A stretch of DNA of 28,752 bases from Marine Group I thaumarchaeote (GCA_044358425.1 CP054849.1:244577-273328), one strand, 5' to 3'. Shown: positions 1 to 9,663, counted from the first letter of the stretch. The notes: a model not told the origin generated them from the sequence alone. Program-made: numbers and translations.

Positions 1-293
1 TTACTGAACAGGGATACCCTCAACCTACAATTAAATCAAAAGTTGATGAAAAGACTTTAAACAAAATTAAGGCTTTGATAAAAGAAACTGGTTTCATTTC
101 AATTGATCCTAATTCTTTTGAAGTTTTTCAAAATGTTACTGACTTTCAAAAATCTTCAGTTAAAGTAACTCTCAATGGACGTGTTAATCAAATTCATTGG
201 CCAGAATCATCTGCAACCCCAGATTTTATTCCTCCCATAATTTCTATGGTTGAAACTGAATTAGATAAAATAATGTCTGAATTTAGTGAATAG
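1..293 (+). CDS. Hypothetical protein, 5'-truncated by the window edge
   Basis: The frame of ORF 75..293 is open back to position 3 (TEQGYPQPTIKSKVDEKTLNKIKALIKETGF...), so the TTG at 75 is internal. Stop TAG at 291-293. Confidence 0.75.
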   Translation, partial: TEQGYPQPTIKSKVDEKTLNKIKALIKETGFISIDPNSFEVFQNVTDFQKSSVKVTLNGRVNQIHWPESSATPDFIPPIISMVETELDKIMSEFSE

Positions 294-323
294 GTACAAA
301 TAGGCTCTAGCAAAAATTAGGGT

Positions 324-1292
324 ATGTTACCTCTATCTGGTGAACGACCTAATGCTAAAGGAATAATTTCTGAAAAATTAGATTCTGTTGACACACTTCG
401 TGGTTCAAGTACACTAAAGAGAGGTTTTGCACATATGCAAAAAAATGGTGTTGTTATGGATGTAACAAATGTGGAACAAGCATTAATTGCTCAAGAAGCT
501 GGTGCTGTTTCAGTAATGGTTTTAGATAAACTTCCATCAGAAGTTAGAAAAGCCGGTGGAGTTGCAAGAACCGCCAGTATTAAAATTATTGAAGAAATTA
601 TGGATTCAGTTACTATTCCTGTAATGGCAAAATGTAGAATTGGACATGTTAACGAAGCATTAGTTTTACAAGAAACTGATGTAGATATGATAGATGAATC
701 TGAAGTTTTAACACCTGCAGATGAATTACGACATATTTGGAAATGGGATCTTACAACACCAGTTGTTAACGGTGCAAGATCTTTAGCTGAAGCTTTAAGA
801 AGAATTGAAGAAGGTGCATCAATGATTAGAACTAAAGGCGAACCTGGTACTGGAAATGTTGCAGAAGCTATTACACATATCAAAAAAGTTAATGATGAAT
901 TAAGAACAATAAAATCAATTTATGATTCTGGTGATAATCAAGATTTAGTTCGTATGGCAAGAGAGTTCAAAGTTTCTTATGATATTGTAGAACAAACTGC
1001 AAAACTTGGACGATTACCTGTTGTCAATTTTGCAGCTGGTGGAATTGCAACACCTGCAGATGCAGCATATTTGATGTCATTAGGTTGTGATGGTATTTTT
1101 GTTGGGTCTGGAATTTTTAGTGCAGATGATGCACAAGAAAGAGCAAACGCAATTGTTTTGGCAACTACTTTTTGGAATGAATCCGATAAAGTAAAAGAAG
1201 CACAAAAAATGATTGATGAAAGACAATCTATACCTGGCTTGGATGTAAAAACATTAGATTTACGTATGCAAGATCGTGGAGGTTCAGCATGA
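324..1292 (+). CDS. pdxS: Pyridoxal 5'-phosphate synthase lyase subunit PdxS
   Basis: Motifs [68 protein letters not shown], and C-terminal RMQDRG. Confidence 0.97.
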   Translation: MLPLSGERPNAKGIISEKLDSVDTLRGSSTLKRGFAHMQKNGVVMDVTNVEQALIAQEAGAVSVMVLDKLPSEVRKAGGVARTASIKIIEEIMDSVTIPVMAKCRIGHVNEALVLQETDVDMIDESEVLTPADELRHIWKWDLTTPVVNGARSLAEALRRIEEGASMIRTKGEPGTGNVAEAITHIKKVNDELRTIKSIYDSGDNQDLVRMAREFKVSYDIVEQTAKLGRLPVVNFAAGGIATPADAAYLMSLGCDGIFVGSGIFSADDAQERANAIVLATTFWNESDKVKEAQKMIDERQSIPGLDVKTLDLRMQDRGGSA

Positions 1293-1906
1293 GTCTAACT
1301 CTAGGTGTTTTATCAATTCAAGGAGATGTTCTTGAAAATGTTCTTGCTGTAGAATCTGCTATTGATGCATTAGATATTGATGGAACTGTTACTAGTGTTA
1401 GAACTCCTGATGAAATTTCAAAAGTTGATGGCCTAATTATTCCAGGTGGTGAAAGTACTACTATAGGTAGACTATCTGTTGCCAATGGTACTTTGAAAAT
1501 TCTAAAAGAAAAAATTGAACAAGGAATGCCTGTTTTAGGAATATGTGCTGGAATGATTATGTTGTCTAAAACTGCCCAAGATAAAGTGGTAGGAAAAATT
1601 GATCAACCTCTATTAGATATCTTAGACATTAAACTAGAAAGAAATTCTTTTGGACGTCAAAGAGAATCTTTTGAATCTGATATTTCTCTAAATTCTATTG
1701 GAATTCCTTCATTTAATGGAGTTTTCATTAGAGCACCCTCAATTTCAGATGTGGGAACTGATGTTGAAGTTTTATCAAAATTTAATGAAAAAATTGTTGC
1801 AGTTAAAAAAAATAATATTATTGGTGTTGCATTCCATCCTGAATTGACAAGTGATATTTCATTACACAAATATTTTGTAAATCTTACAAATACTCTAAAA
1901 AATTAA
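1289..1906 (+). CDS. pdxT: Pyridoxal 5'-phosphate synthase glutaminase subunit PdxT
   Basis: [23 protein letters not shown] (catalytic Cys), [25 protein letters not shown] overlap with pdxS. Confidence 0.97.
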   Translation: MSLTLGVLSIQGDVLENVLAVESAIDALDIDGTVTSVRTPDEISKVDGLIIPGGESTTIGRLSVANGTLKILKEKIEQGMPVLGICAGMIMLSKTAQDKVVGKIDQPLLDILDIKLERNSFGRQRESFESDISLNSIGIPSFNGVFIRAPSISDVGTDVEVLSKFNEKIVAVKKNNIIGVAFHPELTSDISLHKYFVNLTNTLKN

Positions 1907-1969
1907 TTTAAAACACGTGGTAAAATTATCTCTATTTGATCTAATTTTGGCACTAGATTACTAGTTTCT

Positions 1970-1990
1970 TACCAATTAAATATAATAAAA
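1970..1990 (+). promoter_or_regulatory. Putative archaeal TATA box for a leaderless transcript of ORF 2004..2372
   Basis: TTAAATATA at ~1976-1984, about 20-28 nt before the ATG at 2004. Confidence 0.4.
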
Positions 1991-2003
1991 TTCAAGAATA
2001 TTC

Positions 2004-2372
2004 ATGACAGAACAAGCTACAAGTGGTTCAATAGCACCATACTTCGACCAGTTCTTTAACCAGATCAAGAACGTTCATCCAAAAATAGACCCTGAACTCT
2101 TGATTAGAATAATGCTATTTGAAATCAATTTGAAGAAATTTGTTGGTCCTGATATTCCACACGTTCACCTTGACGTTCAATATGAACAAGGAGTGGATCT
2201 TAAACAAAAACAGGAAGAAGCCAGAGATAAATTCCCAATTGAGGTAACCACTAACAAATGGGGTGATGGTGTAATCTTTTCAGGTTTAATGGGAATCAGA
2301 CACATCGAAAAAGTTTGTGCAGATCCTCAAATTACTAAAGTAACTGGAACCGCAACACCTAGACATAACTAA
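2004..2372 (+). CDS. Hypothetical protein (122 aa)
   Basis: Clean ATG ORF with upstream TATA and downstream T-tract (2380-2386). Many C-ending codons (TTC, AAC, CAC, ATC). No family recognised. Confidence 0.8.
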   Translation: MTEQATSGSIAPYFDQFFNQIKNVHPKIDPELLIRIMLFEINLKKFVGPDIPHVHLDVQYEQGVDLKQKQEEARDKFPIEVTTNKWGDGVIFSGLMGIRHIEKVCADPQITKVTGTATPRHN

Positions 2373-2427
2373 AATTTAGTTTTTTTAATCTTTAAAATAA
2401 TTTTTTATTTAGAAATTTAATTTAAAA

Positions 2428-2994
2428 TTAATCTTTTGAAAAATTTATTTCAATACGCATTGTATTGTTGATGATTTTAATTACTTTCTCGATAATTTTT
2501 GCATCCATGCTAAAGAACCCTCTGAATTTATCTCCTCCTAGATCTTCTGCAACTAAACCAAATGGTCCATTTGGTCCTTTAGTAACAACAATCCACATTT
2601 TTTCAATATTGGTATCTAAACAACTAAGAATTTCTGCAGTTGGTGGAACTGAATCAGGTGGAATTAAAAATGGATCATCAAATCCTCCGATTACCCAAGC
2701 ATGAGGAATTTTTTTCAAAATTTCCGTATATCTTTTTTGAACATATTTGTAAAGAGCTTCAGTTTCAAATGTAGCTAATAATGGATCATAATTTTTTACT
2801 GCATATGCTTCAATGTCCATACTTAATCTGTAGAGATCCTCTCTTTTTGCCTCAAAATTAACGAAATTTGCTTTTGTGAAGTCATCTAATGTGGATAATC
2901 CTGAATCCTCTGTAATATTTTTTACATCACCCTGAGGTAATTCCGGACATTGAATTTTTAATTCATCTAAGAAACTTTCGTATTCTTTTGTCAA
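2428..2994 (-). CDS. DICT sensory-domain protein (stand-alone)
   Basis: Pattern LLATFE...RY..I...AWVIG...P...WIVVTKGP...GLVAEDLG..FRGFFSMD..II matches my recollection of the DICT consensus (W.VVV.GP...ALVA.D.G...F.G..T.D). TTG start. Confidence 0.65.
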   Translation of the reverse strand: MTKEYESFLDELKIQCPELPQGDVKNITEDSGLSTLDDFTKANFVNFEAKREDLYRLSMDIEAYAVKNYDPLLATFETEALYKYVQKRYTEILKKIPHAWVIGGFDDPFLIPPDSVPPTAEILSCLDTNIEKMWIVVTKGPNGPFGLVAEDLGGDKFRGFFSMDAKIIEKVIKIINNTMRIEINFSKD

Positions 2995-3071
2995 TACTCA
3001 AAAAACTTTTTTGGTATATTTAAAACTAATATTTTATTCTTCTAGTGCTAATTCTATCCAGATTTTTCCTT

Positions 3072-5390
3072 TTAATCTAACAAATTATGCATTGATTTCA
3101 AATCTTTTTTGAATGGTTGTAATATTTCTGGAATGTCTATTTTGATTGAATCTTTTAGTGACAAATTTTGAGATTTCTTTTCATTCCAAACTTTGGAATT
3201 AAATTCTGATATTGCTTTAGTTATTTCTGTTTGTTCTTCAATATTTTCAAAATCAACTTGTTTTTGTTGATGAATGCTCTCATTTGAATACAATGTTTTC
3301 CAAAGATGTTCTGTAATGAATGGTGTAATTGGTGCTAATAATTTTAGAATTGTTGATAATGTTTTATGAAGTGTAAATATCGCACCATCTCTTTCCTCAT
3401 CTGAAAAATCAATTCCATATGCTCTTGCTTTTACCATTTCAATGTAATGTGCAGCAAATACATTCCATGTAAATTCCCTAATTGCAACTGCTGGAATAAA
3501 GAAATTATATTCTTCATATCCTTTTTTACATTCTTTTACTAGTTTGTCCAATTCTGATAAAATCCATTTATCTGAATCCGTTGGCACTCCTGAATTGATT
3601 ACTGGAAAACTTGATAAAAATCTGGACACGTTCCATAATTTGCTTAAAAATTTCTTGGTTGAATCAATTTTTTGCTCATTACATCTAAAATCATATCCGT
3701 GATTAATCTCACTGGCACTCCAAAATCTGAAAGTATCTGCACCTTGTTTTTCAATAACTGGTAATGGATCTATTGCATTGCCTTTACTTTTACTCATTTT
3801 CATTCCTTTTTCATCTAATCCATACCCCATTACCCAAGCTTCAGACCATGGTTTTTCTCCTGTTAATTCTTCACATCTCAATAGTGTGTAATACAACCAA
3901 GTTCTCACAATATCTTTTGCTTGGGGTCTAATTGTAGCAGGATAAACTTTCTTGAAAAATTCATCATCTCGACCAAATTTACTGATGAATAATGGTGATA
4001 CACTAGAATCCATCCATGTATCAAACGTCCTTTCTTCACCAATAAATTCACTAGAATTACATTTTGTACAGTTTGTAATTGGACATTTTTCATTCCATGG
4101 TCTATAATATTTTCCAGGTTCTGGTACATGTGGTTCGGAGCATTCTTTACAGTACCAAATTGGAATTTCTGTCCCATAAAATCTTCTTCTTGAGATTGGC
4201 CAGTCAATATTGATTGATTCTAACCAATTCATCAAAATTTGTTTGTGCATTGTAGGATGGAAAGTAATTTCTTTTCCAACTTCTTTCATTTTTTCAATTT
4301 TATCTTTTTGTTTAAGATAATATTCTTCCATAGGAATTATTTCAATTGGAGTTTTACTTCTTTCTGAAATTGGAGTTCTATGACTTATTTCTTCAATTTT
4401 TTCAACAAATCCTCCATTTTCTAAATCTTCTATGATTTTTGTTCTTGCTTGTTTTGGTTTTAATCCTGCATAATCACCCGCAACATCAGTCATTCTTCCA
4501 TTTAGTCCAATAGCAACTATTTCATCTAATTGTAATTCTCTAAATAATGCAACATCATTTTGATCACCATAACTACAAACCATTACTGCACCTGAACCAA
4601 ATTCCTGCTTTGCTGAATGATGTGTTGTTAATTCTACTTCTGCATTGGTAATTGGTACAATAATTTTTTTACCAATAAATCCGGAATATCTTTCATCTTC
4701 TGGATTAACAATAATTGTTTTACATGCACAAAGTAATTCTGGTCTTGTACTTGCAATAATAATTTCTTTATCTGTATCTTTAATTTTGAATTTCATATAA
4801 ACAAGCTTTGTTTGTAAATCGTCATAAATTATTTCAGCATCGGCAATTGTAGTTCCAGAAACCCAATCGTAATTGTTAGGCCTATTTGCAAGGTAAACTT
4901 CTCCTTTCTTCCATAAGTCAATGAAAGTTGATTGTGTTAATGATCTGTATTCTTCTGAATCGGTTCTATAGTAATTAGTGAAATCTCCGCTTATTCCCAA
5001 ATTTTTCATAATTAGAATCATTTCTGCCTCTAAATCGTCTAAAGCATCTTTACACAAATTCAGAAATTCCCCTCTTTCTGTTTCTCTCATTCTTATCTTG
5101 TGCTTCTTTTCAGTATAGAGTTCAACTGGTAACCCGTTTCTATCAATACCTATTGGAAAATACACATTTTTTCCAGCCATTCTTGCTGTACGTGCAATCA
5201 TATCTATCTGTGAATAATGTGCGGCTGCACCAATATGCCATGGTCTACCTGATGGATATGGAGGTGGTGTATCTATTGTAAAATTATCTTCATTAGGTTT
5301 GAATTCATAAATTTTTTCTTCTTCCCATTGTTTTAGAATATTTTTTTCTAATTCTGGATTCCATGCTTTTTCTGAAATTTTAGGTTCCAT
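3072..5390 (-). CDS. valS: Valine--tRNA ligase (archaeal type)
   Basis: DTPPPYPSG.PWHIGA (HIGH variant), DWPISRRRFYG, DTWMDSS, RPQAKDIVRTW, KMSKSKGN. Confidence 0.95.
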   Translation of the reverse strand: MEPKISEKAWNPELEKNILKQWEEEKIYEFKPNEDNFTIDTPPPYPSGRPWHIGAAAHYSQIDMIARTARMAGKNVYFPIGIDRNGLPVELYTEKKHKIRMRETERGEFLNLCKDALDDLEAEMILIMKNLGISGDFTNYYRTDSEEYRSLTQSTFIDLWKKGEVYLANRPNNYDWVSGTTIADAEIIYDDLQTKLVYMKFKIKDTDKEIIIASTRPELLCACKTIIVNPEDERYSGFIGKKIIVPITNAEVELTTHHSAKQEFGSGAVMVCSYGDQNDVALFRELQLDEIVAIGLNGRMTDVAGDYAGLKPKQARTKIIEDLENGGFVEKIEEISHRTPISERSKTPIEIIPMEEYYLKQKDKIEKMKEVGKEITFHPTMHKQILMNWLESINIDWPISRRRFYGTEIPIWYCKECSEPHVPEPGKYYRPWNEKCPITNCTKCNSSEFIGEERTFDTWMDSSVSPLFISKFGRDDEFFKKVYPATIRPQAKDIVRTWLYYTLLRCEELTGEKPWSEAWVMGYGLDEKGMKMSKSKGNAIDPLPVIEKQGADTFRFWSASEINHGYDFRCNEQKIDSTKKFLSKLWNVSRFLSSFPVINSGVPTDSDKWILSELDKLVKECKKGYEEYNFFIPAVAIREFTWNVFAAHYIEMVKARAYGIDFSDEERDGAIFTLHKTLSTILKLLAPITPFITEHLWKTLYSNESIHQQKQVDFENIEEQTEITKAISEFNSKVWNEKKSQNLSLKDSIKIDIPEILQPFKKDLKSMHNLLD

Positions 5391-5393
5391 TTT

Positions 5394-6209
5394 CTATCTT
5401 TGAATATTAGAAATTATGTGGGATCCTTTGTTGTATCCTTCATAAATGTAAACTCCTACTGCCTCTACATTTTCAGGCATTTTTGGAGCTAATAATTTAA
5501 TTATTTCACTTGAGAGATTTTCAACTGTAGCTTCTCCTTCAAGTAGATATGTTGTATGTTTTGGAACTTGTAAATCAAACATTCCTTTTGGTCCTTCAAA
5601 ACTAATTTCATAATGTGTTTCATCTTCTTTTTTAAGATATTTTTTATTAATGAAAAATTTATGATCAAATTCATTGACAACTTCCTTTATGATTTTTTTT
5701 GCTATTCCAAAATCAACTAATAAATTATTTTTCATTTGACCTACTAACTCTACCATCACTGAAGATGTATGTCCATGTAGTATGGAGCATTTTTCAACTA
5801 GTGGAAGTATGTGAGCATAATCAAATGAAAACGATCCATCTTCTAAAAATATTGAACCAGTTTGAGGTGTTTTATCATAAAATACTATATCTTGTAATTC
5901 CTTTATTTGTGCAACATATTTTGCATGACCAATTGCCATTATTTTTTCTTCAGGAAAGTCTTCTTTGATTTGTCTATATTTTTGAATATCTTCATCATTA
6001 TCAATCACTTCGATTAATCCTTTTTCTGTTTTAAAATCAACTTTGACTTTAGTTCCATTTTTTAAACTAATTTCATAATTGTATTGGTATTCATTTTCTA
6101 AAAATGTGAGCATTTGTGCTACTGTTAATTCTGTTCTTGTTTTGAGTAAATTTCCTTTTTTATCTATATACTTGAAATCTGAATCCAAAATTGTAGGGCT
6201 TGTAGTCAT
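5394..6209 (-). CDS. queD: QueD/6-pyruvoyl-tetrahydropterin synthase family protein with an extra ~115-aa N-terminal domain
   Basis: C-terminal part has FDYAH, CSILHGH (Cys plus Zn-binding His), VDFG, FDHKF, ATVENLS and YEG motifs of T-fold PTPS/QueD enzymes. Confidence 0.8.
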   Translation of the reverse strand: MTTSPTILDSDFKYIDKKGNLLKTRTELTVAQMLTFLENEYQYNYEISLKNGTKVKVDFKTEKGLIEVIDNDEDIQKYRQIKEDFPEEKIMAIGHAKYVAQIKELQDIVFYDKTPQTGSIFLEDGSFSFDYAHILPLVEKCSILHGHTSSVMVELVGQMKNNLLVDFGIAKKIIKEVVNEFDHKFFINKKYLKKEDETHYEISFEGPKGMFDLQVPKHTTYLLEGEATVENLSSEIIKLLAPKMPENVEAVGVYIYEGYNKGSHIISNIQR

Positions 6210-6279
6210 GTAAAATTTTTTGGCTATGGATATAATATAAATTCTGTAACAATGTGCCTGAAAAATTATTTTTCTATAA

Positions 6280-6558
6280 TTAGAAGAGGGAATTTAAAAT
6301 TCTAGCAAGATTAAGATCGTTATTTGTAATGCCGCCGGCATCATGAGTCGTTAAATCTATTGTTATTCTATTGTACACATTAAACCATTCTGGATGATGA
6401 TTCATTTTTTCAATTTCCATGGCAGCTCTAGTCATAAATCCAAATGCTTGATTGAAACTATCAAATTGAAATTCTTTATGCAATTTATTGTCTTTAATGT
6501 TCCATCCTTCCAATTTTTTTAATTCTTCTATAATTTCTGCTTCTGATACTCTCATCAT
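6280..6558 (-). CDS. Pterin-4-alpha-carbinolamine dehydratase (PCD/PhhB)
   Basis: [38 protein letters not shown] signature. Confidence 0.93.
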   Translation of the reverse strand: MMRVSEAEIIEELKKLEGWNIKDNKLHKEFQFDSFNQAFGFMTRAAMEIEKMNHHPEWFNVYNRITIDLTTHDAGGITNNDLNLARILNSLF

Positions 6559-6603
6559 ACTAACATTGAGAACTTGTTAAATTAAAAGATTGATAAATTA
6601 TTC

Positions 6604-7101
6604 TTACCAGAGATTTCCTTGCATTTTTAAAATTGATCTAATATCTTTTGAAATTGTATCTAATGTTTTTACATCATAATTAGCATTTGTGAAATCTATT
6701 GACGTAAATGTAGCCCCATCAAAATTTGTATGTCTTAAATTTACATTACTTAGATTAGCATTTACTAAATCTGCATTTCTCAAATCTGCATAAAATAAAT
6801 CAGCTCCACTGATATTAGCATTTGTTAGATCCACACCATACATGTCTGTATCCCAAAGTTTTGCATTACTTAGATTTACATTTTGTAAATTTGCTCCTCT
6901 TAATTTTACATTAAATAATATTGTATCACTCAAATTAGAGCCGGTTAAATCAGCTCCACTAAAATTAGCATTGTGAATGTCTCTGTTTTTTAGATCAACA
7001 TTTTTTAAATTTGTATTTGAAAAATTTCTTCCAATTAATTCTTCATACTCAAAATCTACTTTTGAAAAATTTCTTTTTTTAAAAATATCTTCAGGTTCCA
7101 T
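6604..7101 (-). CDS. Pentapeptide-repeat protein
   Basis: Tandem A(N/D)L/Fxx repeats (ANFSG ADLTG SNLSD ... ANLQN VNLSN ... ADLFY ADLRN ADLVN ANLSN). Confidence 0.92.
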   Translation of the reverse strand: MEPEDIFKKRNFSKVDFEYEELIGRNFSNTNLKNVDLKNRDIHNANFSGADLTGSNLSDTILFNVKLRGANLQNVNLSNAKLWDTDMYGVDLTNANISGADLFYADLRNADLVNANLSNVNLRHTNFDGATFTSIDFTNANYDVKTLDTISKDIRSILKMQGNLW

Positions 7102-7211
7102 TTCTTATTCAGTAAAATTCTTAATTATTACCGTGCTTATGACTATTTTCTTTAAGCATTTCTAGTTTATGGAAATATATGTAAAATTAATTTTAATACT
7201 TTAGATGATAA

Positions 7212-7967
7212 ATGGAATCAATTAATCAAATTTTATTAGAAAATATTAAAAATTCTATTTCTGAAGTAGTTCCTAAAAAGAAAATAGGCATTGCTTTTTC
7301 TGGTGGTGTTGATAGTACATTAGTTTCAAAAATATGTACTGATATGGGATTTGATGTTATTTTACTAACTATTGGTTTCTCTGAATCTCATGATATCTTA
7401 TTTTCTAAAGAAGTTAATGAACAACTGAATTATTCTCATCATATTTTAGAAATTGATCCTGAAACCTTTCCAGAAATTACTTCAAATATACATAAAGTAA
7501 TTGCCACTGATAATTTATCCTGGAATGAAAATTGTATCGCTTTTCATTATGTTTCAAAACTTGCAAAAAGTTTGAATCTCGATGTTGTAATTACAGGTAA
7601 TGGTATTGATGAATTATTTTGTGGATATAATGCCTATCGTGAAGCTTTTGCTGGTGGTCAAACTAAAATCAATGAAGTCATGGATTTAAAATTAGAAAAT
7701 GAATTAAAAATGATGAAAGCTGTGAATGTTATTTCTTCCGAATTTGATGTAAAAATTCTACAACCATTACTATCTGTCAAATTCATCGAATATGCCAAAA
7801 CTATTCCTATTACTGAAAAAATTCATAGCTCCGATGATCTATATCGTAAGCATATCATACGCAAATTAGCTAATGATGTTGGCGTTCCTGAAATTTCTTG
7901 CAGTAAAAGAAAAAAAGCATTACAATATGGTTCTAAAATTCATAAATCGTTACTGAAAACTAGATAA
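7212..7967 (+). CDS. Asparagine synthase C-terminal (PP-loop ATPase) domain protein lacking the glutaminase domain
   Basis: FSGGVDS PP-loop, ITGNGIDELFCGY, RKHIIR, RKKALQYGS. No N-terminal Ntn-Cys domain. Confidence 0.85.
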   Translation: MESINQILLENIKNSISEVVPKKKIGIAFSGGVDSTLVSKICTDMGFDVILLTIGFSESHDILFSKEVNEQLNYSHHILEIDPETFPEITSNIHKVIATDNLSWNENCIAFHYVSKLAKSLNLDVVITGNGIDELFCGYNAYREAFAGGQTKINEVMDLKLENELKMMKAVNVISSEFDVKILQPLLSVKFIEYAKTIPITEKIHSSDDLYRKHIIRKLANDVGVPEISCSKRKKALQYGSKIHKSLLKTR

Positions 7968-9324
7968 ATTTTTTTACAGTTTTATGAACTGATTTTTCTA
8001 CATTACTGATGATCTTTGGTGATGCCCCAAGATGTTTTTCAGGTGAAAAAATTGCATCGATTTCATTATTTGTTAATTTTGAAGTAAATGCTTTATCGTT
8101 TTTAATTGCATCTTTATACAGCATTCCTTTATCATTTGCCTCAAATGCAACTCTTTGTACATCTCTATATGCTACAAATCTTGGAATTCCTTTTTTGATA
8201 AGTGCCTCTAAAACAAATTCTGCAAAAATTTGTCCTTTTGTAATGTATAAGTTATCTACAATTCTCTTTTCATTCACCATCAAATTAGAAACAATCCTGG
8301 TCATTGTTTCTAACATTTCATCAACTAAGATTGAGACAATTGGTATGACAAATCTTTCATTAGCTGAATTTGAAAGATCACGTTCATGCCATAATGGAAT
8401 ATTTTCAAAAGATAATGCAACTTGACTTCTTACTAATTTTGATAATGATGATACTCGTTCACTCTTTATTGGATTTCTTTTAACGGGAACTGCGCTACTT
8501 CCCATTTGACCTTTTTTGAATTGTTCTGCAACTTCCCCTATTTCGGTTCTTTGTAAATTTCTAATTTCTATTGCAATTTTTTCTAATGTTGCTCCAATTA
8601 ACGCTAATTCAAATACATATTCAGCATATCTTTCTCTAGGAACAACTTGTGTTGTGACTTCTGCTGGAAATAATTTTAATCTCTTTGCAGCTCTTCGTTG
8701 TACTTCTAGTGATTTTGCACCCATTAGGGAACCTGTTCCGACAACTCCTAATGTTTTACAAATTAAAATTCTTTTTTTAATTTCTTCAATACGTTCAACA
8801 TGTTTTGCCATTTCTGCTGCCCAATTAGCAAATTTTAATCCAAATGAAATGATACTTGCATGTTGTCCATGAGTTCTACCTACTGCTGGTATTTTTGAAT
8901 ATTTGATAGATTTTTTTGCAAGAATTGATGCCATTTTTGCAACTTTAGGTTCAATAATTTGTAATGCATCTCTCATTTGCATGGAATTACTTGTATCTAC
9001 TAAATCATTACTTGTTAGGCCATAGTGAATCCATGGTCTTGCATTTTTAGAACATTTTTCGCTTAATGATTCTACTAATGCAGCTGTATCGTGATCACTT
9101 TTTGCTTCTAATTGTTTAATTCTTTTTGCAGTAATTTTACCTGACATTGCAGCTCTGTGAATTTCTTTACCTATTGTTTTTGAAATCATTCCTATTTCAC
9201 TCTGAGAAATTGCTGCAGCACCTTCAATTTCTAATTGATAATCAACTTTTTTTTGTTCACTGAAAATTTCCATCATTTCTTTGGTCCCATAACGACCATT
9301 ATCAATAGGTAAAATTGCCAACAT
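7960..9324 (-). CDS. purB: Adenylosuccinate lyase
   Basis: HYGLTSND, GRTHGQHA, GVVGT, and the fumarase-family signature GSSAVPVKRNP, plus HERDLSNS. Confidence 0.95.
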   Translation of the reverse strand: MLAILPIDNGRYGTKEMMEIFSEQKKVDYQLEIEGAAAISQSEIGMISKTIGKEIHRAAMSGKITAKRIKQLEAKSDHDTAALVESLSEKCSKNARPWIHYGLTSNDLVDTSNSMQMRDALQIIEPKVAKMASILAKKSIKYSKIPAVGRTHGQHASIISFGLKFANWAAEMAKHVERIEEIKKRILICKTLGVVGTGSLMGAKSLEVQRRAAKRLKLFPAEVTTQVVPRERYAEYVFELALIGATLEKIAIEIRNLQRTEIGEVAEQFKKGQMGSSAVPVKRNPIKSERVSSLSKLVRSQVALSFENIPLWHERDLSNSANERFVIPIVSILVDEMLETMTRIVSNLMVNEKRIVDNLYITKGQIFAEFVLEALIKKGIPRFVAYRDVQRVAFEANDKGMLYKDAIKNDKAFTSKLTNNEIDAIFSPEKHLGASPKIISNVEKSVHKTVKKFI

Positions 9325-9351
9325 CTTGGTAATTGTATATTAGAAAATAAA

Positions 9352-9376
9352 TCTACTTGTTTTTCTACTTGTTTTT
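9352..9376. repeat. Two tandem copies of a 12-bp unit (CTACTTGTTTTT) upstream of purB
   Basis: 9353-9364 and 9365-9376 are identical. Confidence 0.8.
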
Positions 9377-9417
9377 GCGATCATTATGGGATTAATTCTA
9401 TCTGTATCTCTTTATGC

Positions 9418-9573
9418 TTATTTTTGTTTAATTCCTGTATCTGATAATACCCATTCTAATGCTTTCAAATAACCTTGTTTGAAATTTTTTTCATCAATTG
9501 CCCAATCAGGATTTGCTCTTAATTCGGCAAGTAATTGATTTGCTTTTTGTGTAATTATTGATTTTTCTAACAT
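9418..9573 (-). CDS. Small hypothetical protein, 51 aa (not in the ORF track)
   Basis: Manually translated: MLEKSIITQKANQLLAELRANPDWAIDEKNFKQGYLKALEWVLSDTGIKQK*. ATG start, TTTAAA about 25 nt upstream, fills the purB-rtcB gap. Confidence 0.7.
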   Translation of the reverse strand: MLEKSIITQKANQLLAELRANPDWAIDEKNFKQGYLKALEWVLSDTGIKQK

Positions 9574-9663
9574 AACCTGATTTGAATTCTGATTGATTTA
9601 AAATTATTCTTAGAATGCTTATGATGATTTAAATTGGATTGAAAGAAAATTCTACCGATACTA

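Noticed and set aside
6604-7101. 15-bp periodicity as a possible CRISPR-like or DNA repeat array
   Set aside because: Fully explained by pentapeptide protein repeats. There are no identical repeats with unique spacers. The same applies to the rps11 and cupredoxin repeats.
7212-7967. Calling the PP-loop protein QueC because it is near queD
   Set aside because: Lacks the QueC C-terminal Cys/Zn cluster and carries asparagine-synthase motifs (G.G.DELF.GY, KKA.QYGS).
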